The notes beneath the pieces were generated by a model that saw only the letters and a list, made by a program, of their open reading frames with translations, was not told the origin of the DNA and searched no databases. Positions 1 to 11,100 of a stretch of DNA of 64,000 bases are shown here, in pieces (the stretch's first letter is position 1; each line of letters opens with the position of its first letter). The DNA comes from Macrostomum lignano (Eukaryota): NCBI GenBank assembly GCA_002269645.1, contig NIVC01002452.1, forward strand, positions 1 to 64,000. Direction: 5' to 3'. The position numbers and the translations under genes are program-made.

Positions 1-3000
1 GGAATAGACTGTATACACTATAAATCTAGAAATCTATGGCCAAGGGTCTTTATATCATAACTCACTATGCTGAATCATAGTGAGAGTATGGGACTTTGAC
101 CCTATAAAGCCAAGAAAAGCCACTTTGCAAATGAAGGCAAATTTACTTTTAGTACCTTATCAGAATCATGATGGCAAACAAAAGTGACACTACTTTTGGG
201 ATATCCCTCATACATTGGCAAAGAAATGAATTAGAGAAAACTTAGCTAAGTCTTGTAATAGGCTTAGCCTGCCTTATTATATAATATGTTCTAGGCTAGA
301 CAATTTTGCTTTTTATCCTAGACAAGTTAATTTATTATATATATTATTATTTATTATTATTATTATATTATTATTACAATATATTAAAAAACAAGTATTT
401 TTAAGCATTTACAAGAAAGCTCATGTTCAATAATATAATACATTTTACCTCCTATTTTGAACAAAGTCTTGTCTTTATAAAGAACAAACAAAACTTCAGT
501 CTAAAAAAATTACAATTTAGGAAATATCATCATTTAAGTTAGTCCATTTTCAACTTAAGCACTAAAGAAGATCAGATTAAAAAGATAATTTGAATTGCTA
601 TAAGGAATGGAATTAATGAATTTGAAGTAGAATTTAAGGCTTATATGTTATTCTTAAGTTGATATATTATGCTTTATCTCTTTGTTAAAAGAAAGTGTAA
701 TTGTTTTTTTTTCAAATCTGCATATGCATGTTACTTGTGTAGTAACTGAGCTTTTGGTTGCTCGAGCTAGGTGTTATTACTCGAATCCCACCGCTATCAC
801 CAGTTTTATACTTTAGTTGTTAGGGTGGTTTGGCAGGTTTTGATATCCCACTGCTATCACCAGTGACAGCTTGGCTTTCTGGCTTCTGTGGTGGGGCAGA
901 CTGCTGTCCAAAGCAACCTTGCTGAGTATTCTTATGGGGGCTAAGACTGGGGAGAAATCTAAAATTAAGGGTAGTGCTGCTACCAGCGTGGAAACCATAG
1001 TATCTGCAATGAAGGGGTCTGTTTGGGCTTCATGCAAATAAATAACACTAGAACAACTAGTCTCAGATATTTCAATGTCCAAGTGACAGGGCTCAATGGT
1101 AGCAAATGGCCTGAGTGGTGTAGTCCTGGTACTGACAAATGTCCACGCTTGAGCATGTCTGAGTTTAGCTCTCAGAGGACCCCTAACTCCTATAAACTAA
1201 TAGCTATGTCTCGCGCAGATGGGCGGCAAGGAAATAAGTCTATGTGCCTATGGCAGCAATAGACTCTAGGCCTATAAACTAACAGCTATTCTTAGAATCG
1301 CGCACGAGTGCTGTGACTGCACACTCACTCTCACTCTTTTTTGCGCCTGTGTCGCGAATAGACACTAGCAGAATGGCTTCAGCCAACTGATTTCCTGCCA
1401 ATAGAGTGGGCTGGGAAACCAGAGCTATAGCACTAGCAATGCTCTACCAAGACTTGCTCAGGAGCGTGCTTTCTGCTTGAGCGTTGCAATGCTCTACCAA
1501 GACCTGCTCAGGAGCTTGCGGCTGCTTTTAGCGATGCTTTGCTCTACCAAGACCTGCTCAGGAGCTTTGCTTCGCTGTTAACTGGTGCTAGAGCGCTTTC
1601 TCGGAGATAGCTCTCAATGAGTCTAACCAGTGGTCAAAAAGGTTCTAAGGAAAAATTCAGACAAGCAGGCCTGCATTTGTTAATATAGAACGCGGAGGGT
1701 GGAGCGTTTGGGCATTCTGTGGCTTGACCATGGAACTGCAGCCGAAAAGTGCGGATAATGATGCACAACAGATATTGATTAAACATTGGGGGGGGGAGAA
1801 AGTAGCTTGTACGAAGCGCCAACAGTTGCCTCAAGCCACCAGTGACAATACCATGCCAAATTTGGGCTTGTGCGCACAAGGCTGCATGTGAGGGAGGGTT
1901 CAGCTCGGGACATGGGGTCCGCGAAACCCTCATTCCTCCTGCATCCGAGCCTCTCCCCATGTGTCATTCTATTTTTAGACTAAGAGAGAAAAAGGGGGAA
2001 AGGTCCAGAGAGTGCACAGGGGAGGAGTGTGGCTAACTAGACTTTGCGTACACTGAGCGATCATACGCGGCAGGCCAGGCAACAACATTACAGGCAAGCG
2101 CCAAATTTGGCGGCTTCCACTAACTAACCCTAAGGCTAGGCAAACTTCCTAATTTCCTATGTTAAAGAGTCTCATTATGATGACTCGATTGCGCCATATT
2201 GTGCAACTTCTGAGTGCTGAGGAAGGCTGCTTAGAGTGCATGGAGGCAGCAGAAAATTCCTATTCCAGATACTAGCAGCAGACAGCAGTGCCTAAGATGT
2301 GACTGCGGCCCTATGCTTGCAGCAAAAGGCTGCGGCCACATCACTTGAGAAGTTTTGGCCATAAACAGTCTAAGTTGACTTAATTTTGTTTCAATAGAAA
2401 GGACTTTTCTGCAAGAATTTTTGCAAGTTCTAAGATTTCTTTAAGTGTTTGAATTGAAATCCTACTTGTTTTTTAATATGAATTGGTTTAAATAGGAGGT
2501 AAAATAGTATTATGGTTTATGGCTATCAATCAAATAATTTCTCTGTTTATTTGGCCATACACCTTGCAGTTTCTAATGAATAGACAAAGCAGCATTCCTA
2601 TATGCAATTGTCTGATTAAAGCAACATATTGAATGACAATAATTATTTTTTTCTAGCATACAGGCCACTTTCCTGAGTATAATATATAGAAATATTCTAC
2701 AAAGTCCTAGATAGGCTAGTCATTTGCTCATCCTCAAATGAATGAAGACATTTAAAATTAATTCCAGATATTTAGTAGTGAAATAATTTCAAAGCTATAG
2801 GTTTTATTAATATGAGAAAATTAAATTTCAAATGCACATTGCTTTTTCTCTTACTAGAATCTTTAAATTCATTTTGAAAAAAATAACAATGCCATTTAGA
2901 ATGCAAAGTTGTCTGTTTTTTGTTAATATTGTATACTATATATTTTTAAACATAATATTTGAAAGTTTGTTTTAGTAAGATTTTCTTAGAAACATATGCA

Positions 3001-3164
3001 TTGTATACTATATTATTAAGCTATCTTTTTACACCACATTTAGGAGGCTAAACTTAAGGGTCTCATTTTTGTTCAGGGCAGCCAGAGCTGGTATCTCATC
3101 TCAGTGTAGTTTAGGTCTGGCATCATTTGTAGTTCAGATTTAGTATCTTGTATGTGACTCAGAC

Positions 3165-3480
3165 AGTGCTGGTGTCTCATGGGTTCAGTGCTGGCTGGTA
3201 TCTTGCAGGTCAGAGCTGGTATCTCATGGTTTCAGTCCTGGCTGGTATCTCGCAGGTCAGAGCTGGCTGGTATCTCGCAGGTCAGAGCTGGTCTCATGGG
3301 TTCAGTGCTGGCTGGTATCTCGCAGGTGAGAGCCGGTCTCATGGGTTCAGTGCTGGCTGGTATCTCGCAGGTCAGAGCTGGTCTGTCATGGGTTCAGTGC
3401 TGGCTGGTATCTCGCAGGTCAGAGCTGGTCTGTCATGGGTTCAGTGCTGGCTGGTATCTCGCAGGTCAGAGCTGGTCTCA
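3165..3480. repeat. 45/47-bp minisatellite (gggttcagtgctggctggtatctcgcaggtcagagctggtct[gt]cat)
   Basis: About 7 tandem units read directly; lies just past the putative donor of the 3785(-) gene. Confidence 0.9.
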
Positions 3481-3520
3481 TCAGTTCGCGGCTTCTCCTA
3501 GGCCATTCGCCATCACTTAC

Positions 3521-3785
3521 CCCCCGATTGCTTCGCTCCCCCGGACTGTGTCAGCAAGGCTTCAAAGCGCCCCGCCGCTACAGTGAAACGCTGGTTGATG
3601 CCGGCCTCCCAAACCGCGAATTCAACGTGTCGACGCCTGCGAGCTTCAGAAGATTCCGCTGCTCTTTTTCTAGCCTCGGCCAGTGCAGCCGCCTCTGCTG
3701 CAGCTGCAGCTTCATCCGCTTCGTCTTCTTCCAACTGATTGTTGGCAATCGTGGCATTGTCCTGCGTAGTGCCTTGGTGACTCAT
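3521..3785 (-). CDS. Probable first exon of an uncharacterised gene (Ala/Glu-rich helical protein, MSHQGTTQ...QSG)
   Basis: GC-rich 88-codon ORF with ATG preceded by tttcaag; ends at a consensus donor G|GTAAGT (3521/3520) followed by a minisatellite. Downstream exon not resolved; could also be a single-exon ORF ending GGK* at 3513. Confidence 0.5.
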
Positions 3786-4373
3786 CTTGAAATCCAGTTG
3801 AAAAGCTAGGTGGTAATATTTGGTTGGAAATTTCTGGAAGCGTCGCAGTGAATAGGCTCTTATTGTAGGGATTGCGCTTCAACCTTTTCTCCCTATCTGT
3901 CCAACTCTTGCCCCAAGCTGCTCCAGATAGATCCCCGCCACTTTGGGAGCGAGGGAGAGGAAAGATGGGCGTGTTGCTATGCAATAACGACTGTTTCTCC
4001 TCCCCCCCCCACTGTTCCATTGTTCTTTCTCAACTTTCCCATCTGCATCTCTCTCTCCTAGCCTTCCCCTCTCTATATATCCCCATCCTGTATTTCCCAG
4101 ACTAATGCTGCTTAACTGTACACAGCGGATGGACAAATTTGTTTTTCTTTCACTAAGCACTGGAGACTTGAATGTGAGGCTGGAATGGGCCAAGCCAGGT
4201 CGATTCATTTAAAAAGAAACAGCTCGGGAAAAATAGGCTGAAAGATGTTCGATAAACAGCGGAACCCATATTTGGACAAATGCTTGATTTCAAAACACTC
4301 CTTTCTGTCTATAGACTCCATATTGTCATCTGTCATGCGCATACGAGCTGAATAGTTTAGTTTTGATTTATTG

Positions 4374-4692
4374 CAGGGGTCGGCAAACTTTTTTACCCTA
4401 AAGGGCCAGATAGAAAGCCTATAGCGCTTAACTGCGGGCCGCAATAGGGGAGAGGAGAGATAATAGAAAAGAGAGATGGTGGAAAGAAGAGGCAAGGGAA
4501 TAAAGGAGAAGAGAGGAAAGACGAAATAGAAGAGAGAGAAGAAAAGTGAGAGGAGAGAGGAGGAAGAAGAGGCGAGACTGGAGAAATGAGAGGAGAGAAG
4601 GGAGAGGAGAGACAAACCCTGAGCAGGCCGGATTGCTATTGTGAAGTTTCAAAGGACCCGAGAACCGGATGTGGCCCGCGTGCCGGAGTCTG
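4374..4692 (+). mobile_element. hAT-like MITE, copy A, with internal GA-rich tract
   Basis: Begins caggggtcggcaaac; arms homologous to the element at 12557-13085 (opposite orientation); GA-rich core about 4446-4612; right end degenerate. Confidence 0.6.
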
Positions 4693-5012
4693 AGTTATTG
4701 CAAAGCAGCCCAGTGATTAACGCGCACATGACTCACGCGCTACAGTCCCCAGGTTTGAGTCCTTACGTGGCCGCATTAACTCGGGGCTTGTGCACGAAAA
4801 TTGGCCCCGGGAGCTTTCTAATGATGTTTAGAAATTCAGGGCGTGTGCTTGTTCTGTGGGGGGGGGGGCACAACTGCTGGGCTGCGAGTCGACTGTCGCC
4901 TTGTACGAGTATTTACGTAGCACTAATTAGAAACTGTAAGAAACTGAAACCTTACAAGCTTCGCGCATCAAAACAAATACTCGTTGCAGCCAAAGCCAGT
5001 TAGCCGGCACTG

Positions 5013-5203
5013 ATGGAGCCGGGCCAGACTCCCAAACCGGGCGTTGTTCCGCCGCCGAAACTGCACGCAGTTGTCTACATCTGCGGCGACTGTCATAAGG
5101 AAAGCGAAATCAAAGCCAAGGAGGTGATCCGCTGTCGGAGTGCGGCCATCGGATTATGTATAAGAAGCGCACGTCCCGAATGATTGTGTTTGACGCGCGT
5201 TGA
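5013..5203 (+). CDS. POLR2K: RNA polymerase I/II/III shared subunit RPABC4 (Rpb12), intronless; one G missing at 5137-5138 as assembled
   Basis: [21 protein letters not shown] then, after a one-base shift, [20 protein letters not shown]: the Rpb12 zinc-ribbon signature. Missed by the ORF track; AATAAA near 5319. Confidence 0.9.
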
Positions 5204-5808
5204 ATAACTAAGAAAATCATTTTGCTTGCTTAGTTTACTGTTCTGTGCACTTGCATTTGATTTGTTGTCTAAATAATGGTTTGTATTTTAGGTAATACCG
5301 CTGAAAACTGTTTGAATGTAATAAATTTATTTGGCTATGTTTGGTTTCAAATTTTATTATTAAAATGAAAATAAAAGTTCCGCTTTACTTGCTGTTTCTG
5401 TGGTTACTGTACTGTTACCATGGCTCAGTGTCTTGCACGACTGGATATAATTAGTATTCGTGTGATGTTTTTTTTCGAAATTCATTTTGGAGTTGCTTAT
5501 TGGAAATCATTCAGTCAAAAAATATCTTCTAAAAACTAAATCTGATCTGGATGGTTCGCAATTTTACCATAATTTGTACCGTTATGTACATTGATATTTC
5601 AAAGCGGGTTAACTTTAACAAGATCAATAATCCAACATTATTTTATTAGTTCACTAAATGTACGTGAATTACAGTACAGTTCAACAACTACAAAGTTTCT
5701 GAGTTAGATGTAAGCAACAGAACAGTTTTTACTATCGGTTATGATACTACGAGATGATACTCGTACATGTAGAACAAGTGTTTGAAATATCTGTACGCAC
5801 ATGCATAA

Positions 5809-6792
5809 ACCAAGGACCACTAGAAGTTACCGTTGTATCAGGACGCAACCCTCGTAAATATTGCAAAATTATTTGAAGGCCCACTTGTTTGCATTGCAGC
5901 TGAACTTTAAATGCTCATAACTCCCTAAACTCCGGACTGGTTGCACTTAAAAAGATATTTTTTCGCCAGGTTGCTCAAAATTTTGTTTTCTTTAATATGA
6001 TGCAAAGTTTGGCGCTATATATCTACATGTAGGAGCGGCGGGCGTACAGTAAAGTAACGGCAATACACAATATTTCATTGCATTCAAAATGAATAAAGTT
6101 TCAGTTACTTCAATTAGTGCCTCCTAGTCTCGATAAAGTAGCAGACCATACTTTATATCCCCCAGTTTGGAAGCTTTATAAAGCAGATAATCTGTACAGA
6201 GTTGAGTAGGCTGCAAAGGCATTATACACTTCACTATCAAAAACCAGTATAATCAAAATCAGGAAGGCATAATATTTCCGAAATCTTGGTACACCTGCCC
6301 AACAAGGACTCCAACATTCAAATGACAACTGCCATGACAGCAAAAAAGCTAAGGCTAGGCCTATAAGTTAGTAAAATAATATACTTGTTAAACTACTTTT
6401 TTGTTGATAGTTAATTAGTTAGAAGCCCATCTGATCCTTTTCTCAAGCTTTGTCGAATTAGTAGTTCTAGCACTTAGCAGTATATGTCAACTGTCTGCAT
6501 AAAACCTTGGCTTAGGAAATTCTAAAACGAGTTTCATATAGTGATATAATTACTTTAAAATTAATTTGCATCTAGATTTAATAGATTAAAGCCTAAATAA
6601 AGTATAAATACACCTATTTATGGAGCTTCTGAGGCTCAAATGTAGTGCATGTTTCTTTAAAACAGTCAAGTAGAATACTTTTTTGAAGGCAAGTACCGAT
6701 AAATACACGTAAACAAGCGGGCCTTCAAATAATTTTGCTATATTTACGAGTGTTGCGTCCTGATACAACGGTAACTTCTAGTGGTCCTTGGT
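5809..6792. mobile_element. Non-autonomous DNA transposon with about 80-bp terminal inverted repeats
   Basis: accaaggaccactagaagttaccgttgtatcaggacgcaac...gaaggccc at 5809 is inverted at about 6711-6792; ATAA flanks both ends (5805-5808, 6793-6796). Confidence 0.75.
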
Positions 6793-8110
6793 ATAAACAT
6801 GCATTATAAAAATAATTCGGAGTGAATTAATATAAAAACACGCACTATACGAGCTTTTGCTTTGCAGTTTATTCAAGATGGGGAATTTCCATTGCCTAAT
6901 CGACTGACTGTATTAAGTAAGTATGATTTATTTGTCCTTGGTGAATACGTAATTACACCTCAAGATTACAATAAGATTAATTTGTTTAAGTATAAAGTAA
7001 ACAAGCAGCTTGTTTTACATGTTAAAAAACACGTCTATTGCTGAATTTAAACTTTTTACTATTAAATTTGTTATAGCTTTATATTGCTAGATACGCTTCA
7101 GATATTTAACTTTTCTAAAAATATCGAATAGATACGCTTCAGATATTTAACTTTTCTAAAAATATCGAATTCGCATTTGCCATGCAATTATGCATCTACA
7201 TGACATGATTAGATCTAGGTTAGTAGGTTTATTGCATACTCAACAGTTTACCAATCTAACAGATTTTGTCTGAGACAGTCAGTATTAGAATTAATTAATA
7301 AATGCATTTTACTACGTTTCTATATCATTCTAGGATAATGTGCCTTTCGTCCGAGTATAAAAATGTATTAATAGCAATATTGTCGCGCTGATTTTACCAG
7401 TTGTTATGTTCCTGCTTCTAGGCTTTAGAAATTGTTTCTTGAGCGGCTGTTTCAATGGCTTCCTAATTGTCATTCTTAATTAATATAATCAGCATATCTA
7501 TTTGAAAACCTGTTTTTAGCAATTTTTTAAAATACATACATATTTTTTTACTTTTTCTGGATGCACTTACTATGGTGGTACTTGCATATTTAGAAATTAA
7601 AACAGTTTGTATTGCAGTATTATTTTATGTTAAACCGAATTTTAAAATGAACATATCTAAAAAATATTTAATATCTAATCACCTTTATTTTAGAAGGCAT
7701 AAATACAATGGATGATGTACATTGTCCATATAAACTTGTCCAAATCATCAAAAGGTTTATGATTTCCAGACAATTTTTTTTATTGTTTCTATTGAGTATT
7801 GTTAATATGAATTCCAAGTAGATAATTTAGTTTGAGGAATCTGTACCTTAAATTTATTTTAAGCTAGTTAAGACGTCCATTACCAAACCTGTAAGACCAA
7901 GTTAATATGGTTCATTGAATTAATTTATTCTGCCATTCTGCCAGAAACGAAAAAGCTAACCTTTAATTAAGCTTGCTGATCTATTAGTAATAAACTGGAT
8001 TGATTCCTCAATTTGTTTTTTTAACAAAATATTATGTTTCTAGTCATTTGAATTTCATTCTTTATACAACAAATAGCCGACAAAAATACATGCATGATCC
8101 CCAACCAACA

Positions 8111-11100
8111 ATGGGAAAGAAGAAAAAGGGAGGCGGCAAGAAGTCTAAGAAGTCTTCGCGCGCCCAATCTGGCGCCACTGGACAGGCTGGCGCGGGCGCC
8201 AAATTGGCGCCAGCATTGCCAGACAAGCGCGAACAGGAGGCCAAACTGCGCCAATTGAAGGATCTCCAACGTCGAGTAAGCGGACTTCAGAGACGCTGCG
8301 ACGAGTTGGAACTGTTGAACGACCAATTGAAGAGCAAGCGGGTGACGGTGTCGGGCGACATGGAGGAGATCACAGAGTACCTGCGCGACCGGGTGAGCGA
8401 GAAGACGAACACCTGCGCCGAGCTGCAGGAGGAGCTGCGCGCGCTTCAAGAGGCCTACGAGAAGGATCAGAAATCCTACGAGGAGAGAATGGAGAAGCAG
8501 AAGAAAGAATTTCGGGACACGAAGGAGCAGCTGGAGCAGGACGGGTTCACGCTGCGTGAGTTGAATTGAACGAAATTAAATTAACTTCAGTTACATGCGT
8601 TGTAGCGCTCTCCATCTTTTGGCGCCCTCTTGAATTAAATTCATTTCGCGCCCTCGTGAAATTCAATTTTAGCGCCCTCGTGAAATTCATTTCGGCGCCC
8701 TCTTGAAATTCATTTTGGCGCCGTCCCTACACTTATTCAATATTTCGTCGCCCTCTTGACATTCATTGTGACTTCCTTATAAGAATCATTTTGACGCCTT
8801 CTCGACACCCAATTTGGCGCCTTCCCGACACTCATTTTGGCGCCACATCCACTAAGTTTGGCTACCATTCACATGCAAGTTACAAAAGTATCTGTGAATT
8901 GTTAACAGCTTGCTGTACGCCGATCCCAACCGCAGAGAGCAAGCTGACCACCCTGGACGAGTACCGGATCCAGAAGGAGGAGATGCACGAGAAGTTCCAA
9001 GAAATGGACGAGAAAATGAAGCGCCAGGAGGAGATTCACAAGGAGGAGATCTACCTACTGGAGAGGGAGACAGTAGTGCAGAAAGACTCTCTGCGCAAGG
9101 AGATGGTCGAGAAAGTGAACGATGTGGCCAGCGAATTCCGCAAGGTGTCCAACAGGCAGATGGCAGAGACGACCCGGAAGACGATCGAAGAGAACGCGGC
9201 GCTCAACAGGCAGCTGGGCTCGCTCAGCGAGAAAATCACCGGCCTGATTGAGGAGAACGACAAAGTCAAGGCCAAGGAGAAGGAGCAGCAGCGGGAGATC
9301 GAGGTGCTGGAGTCCATCGAGAAGGAGATGCTGGCCAAGACTGCCAACTCGTTGAAGGTAAACTCGATCGCCTTCCAGAGTCACGGACGGACAAGAAATT
9401 AATTTGGGTTTTACAATTACTTGTGTGCTTTACTGATTCAATAAGAAGCCTATGCTCAAGTACTAGCGGAGGTTAACTAAGCTTTCCGCATAATATCTAT
9501 AAATTTGAAGGTCATTTGGCTCTCACTGGAAGTCAAATTTTCACTGACAGTCAATTGTCATTGACAGTCAAATTGGTCACTGACAGTCAAATTGGTCATT
9601 GACAGTCAAATTGGTCACTGTTAGTCAAATTGGTCACTGTTAGTCAAATTGGTCACTGTTAGTCAAATTGGTCACTGTTAGTCAAATTGGTCACTGACAG
9701 TCAAATTGGTCACTGTTAGTCAAATTGGTCACTGTTAGTCAAATTGGTCACTGATAGTCAAATTGGTCACTGATAGTCAAATTGGTCACTGACAGTCAGC
9801 TGTGTTTAAGATCAGTCTTTGAAAGGCAGAAAAGCATTACAACTCTGTCGAATACTTCAAAGTTATACAGTCGATTCGGTGTTTCCCATAATTATTAACA
9901 GCAGAGTTTGGGAGAACTTTTGCTTTAAAAATGCAACAGAAAGGATGCTAAAAAGGTGGCTAGCATTGTATAAACATAAAACTACAAGCCAGAATGGTTC
10001 AGAAGAAAATATTCGCACCAGATAAAACCTTTAGCTCGTAAACTAGTTAATTGGAATAGCTCGGCTTCAAAGCGGCCAGCAGGTCCCGATCAGCCGAGCC
10101 GAGCTCCTGCTGGCTAAAGTTGAACAGCTCCAGTTTGTCGCTAGGAAGCCGCTGTCTGAGCTCGTCAAAGAACGGGTGCGCCAGAGCTCGCAGCGGTGCC
10201 AACCGGCTGCCAGGCTGGTAGGCGAGCAGGCGGCACAGCAGGTCCAGCAACTCGGGCGGTGTACCAATCGGGAAGCTCAACTGCGGGTCAGGGGCCACCT
10301 GTGGCAGCGGGAACTTCTCATATACTGGATTCATAGCCAGCAGGTCGCGCTTGGTTGGCGTGCCCAGCACCCGGATGATGGCCACCAGCTGGTCCAGCGA
10401 GTTGTTAGCCATGAACAGGCAGTGGCCGATGCACAGCTCGGCAAGCACGCAGCCGACTGACCACAGGTCGATGGCGCAGCTGTAATTAGTAGAGCCGAAC
10501 AGCAGCTCGGGAGCTCGGTAGTACCTAGAGCTGATGTACGCCACTCCGGCTGCGGCGGCCGCGTTGGCGCCGCTGCCTTCGGCAAGTTCGCCGGGCAGCG
10601 GCAGCTCCTTGGCCGAGCCGAAGTCGCACAGGCGCAGGCGGCAGTCGGATTCGTCAACGAGAACGTTCGGGCTCTTGATGTCCCTTGGGAAGGAAAGTAA
10701 TCCGGTTCCAAGACACTATAATGCTGCAGTCACGTGTTAGGCCTTGTTTTTAAGGCCTAACGCCAGCCCCACATGTCCCCTTTTTTTTCTGGGCCAGCTT
10801 CCCAGATCCTCAGTTGCTGGGCCAGCCTCCCAGATTCCCAGTTGCTGGGCCTGCCTCACAGGTCCTCAGTTGCTGGGCCAGCATCCCAGATCTCCAGTTG
10901 CTGGGCCAGCCGGCCAGATCCCCAGTTGCTGGGCCAGCATCCCAGATCCCCAGTTGCTGGGCCAGCCTCCCAGATCCTCAGTTGCTGGGCCAGCCTCCAA
11001 GATCCCCATTTGCTGGGCCAGCATCCCAGATCCCCAGTTGCTGGGCCAGCCTCCCAGATCCTCAGTTGCTGGGCCAGCCTCCAAGATCCCCAGTTGCTGG

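Noticed and set aside
1437-1575. Three about 27-bp direct repeats with about 23-bp spacers (CRISPR-like look)
   Set aside because: Spacers resemble each other (degenerate about 51-bp tandem); eukaryotic context; no cas genes
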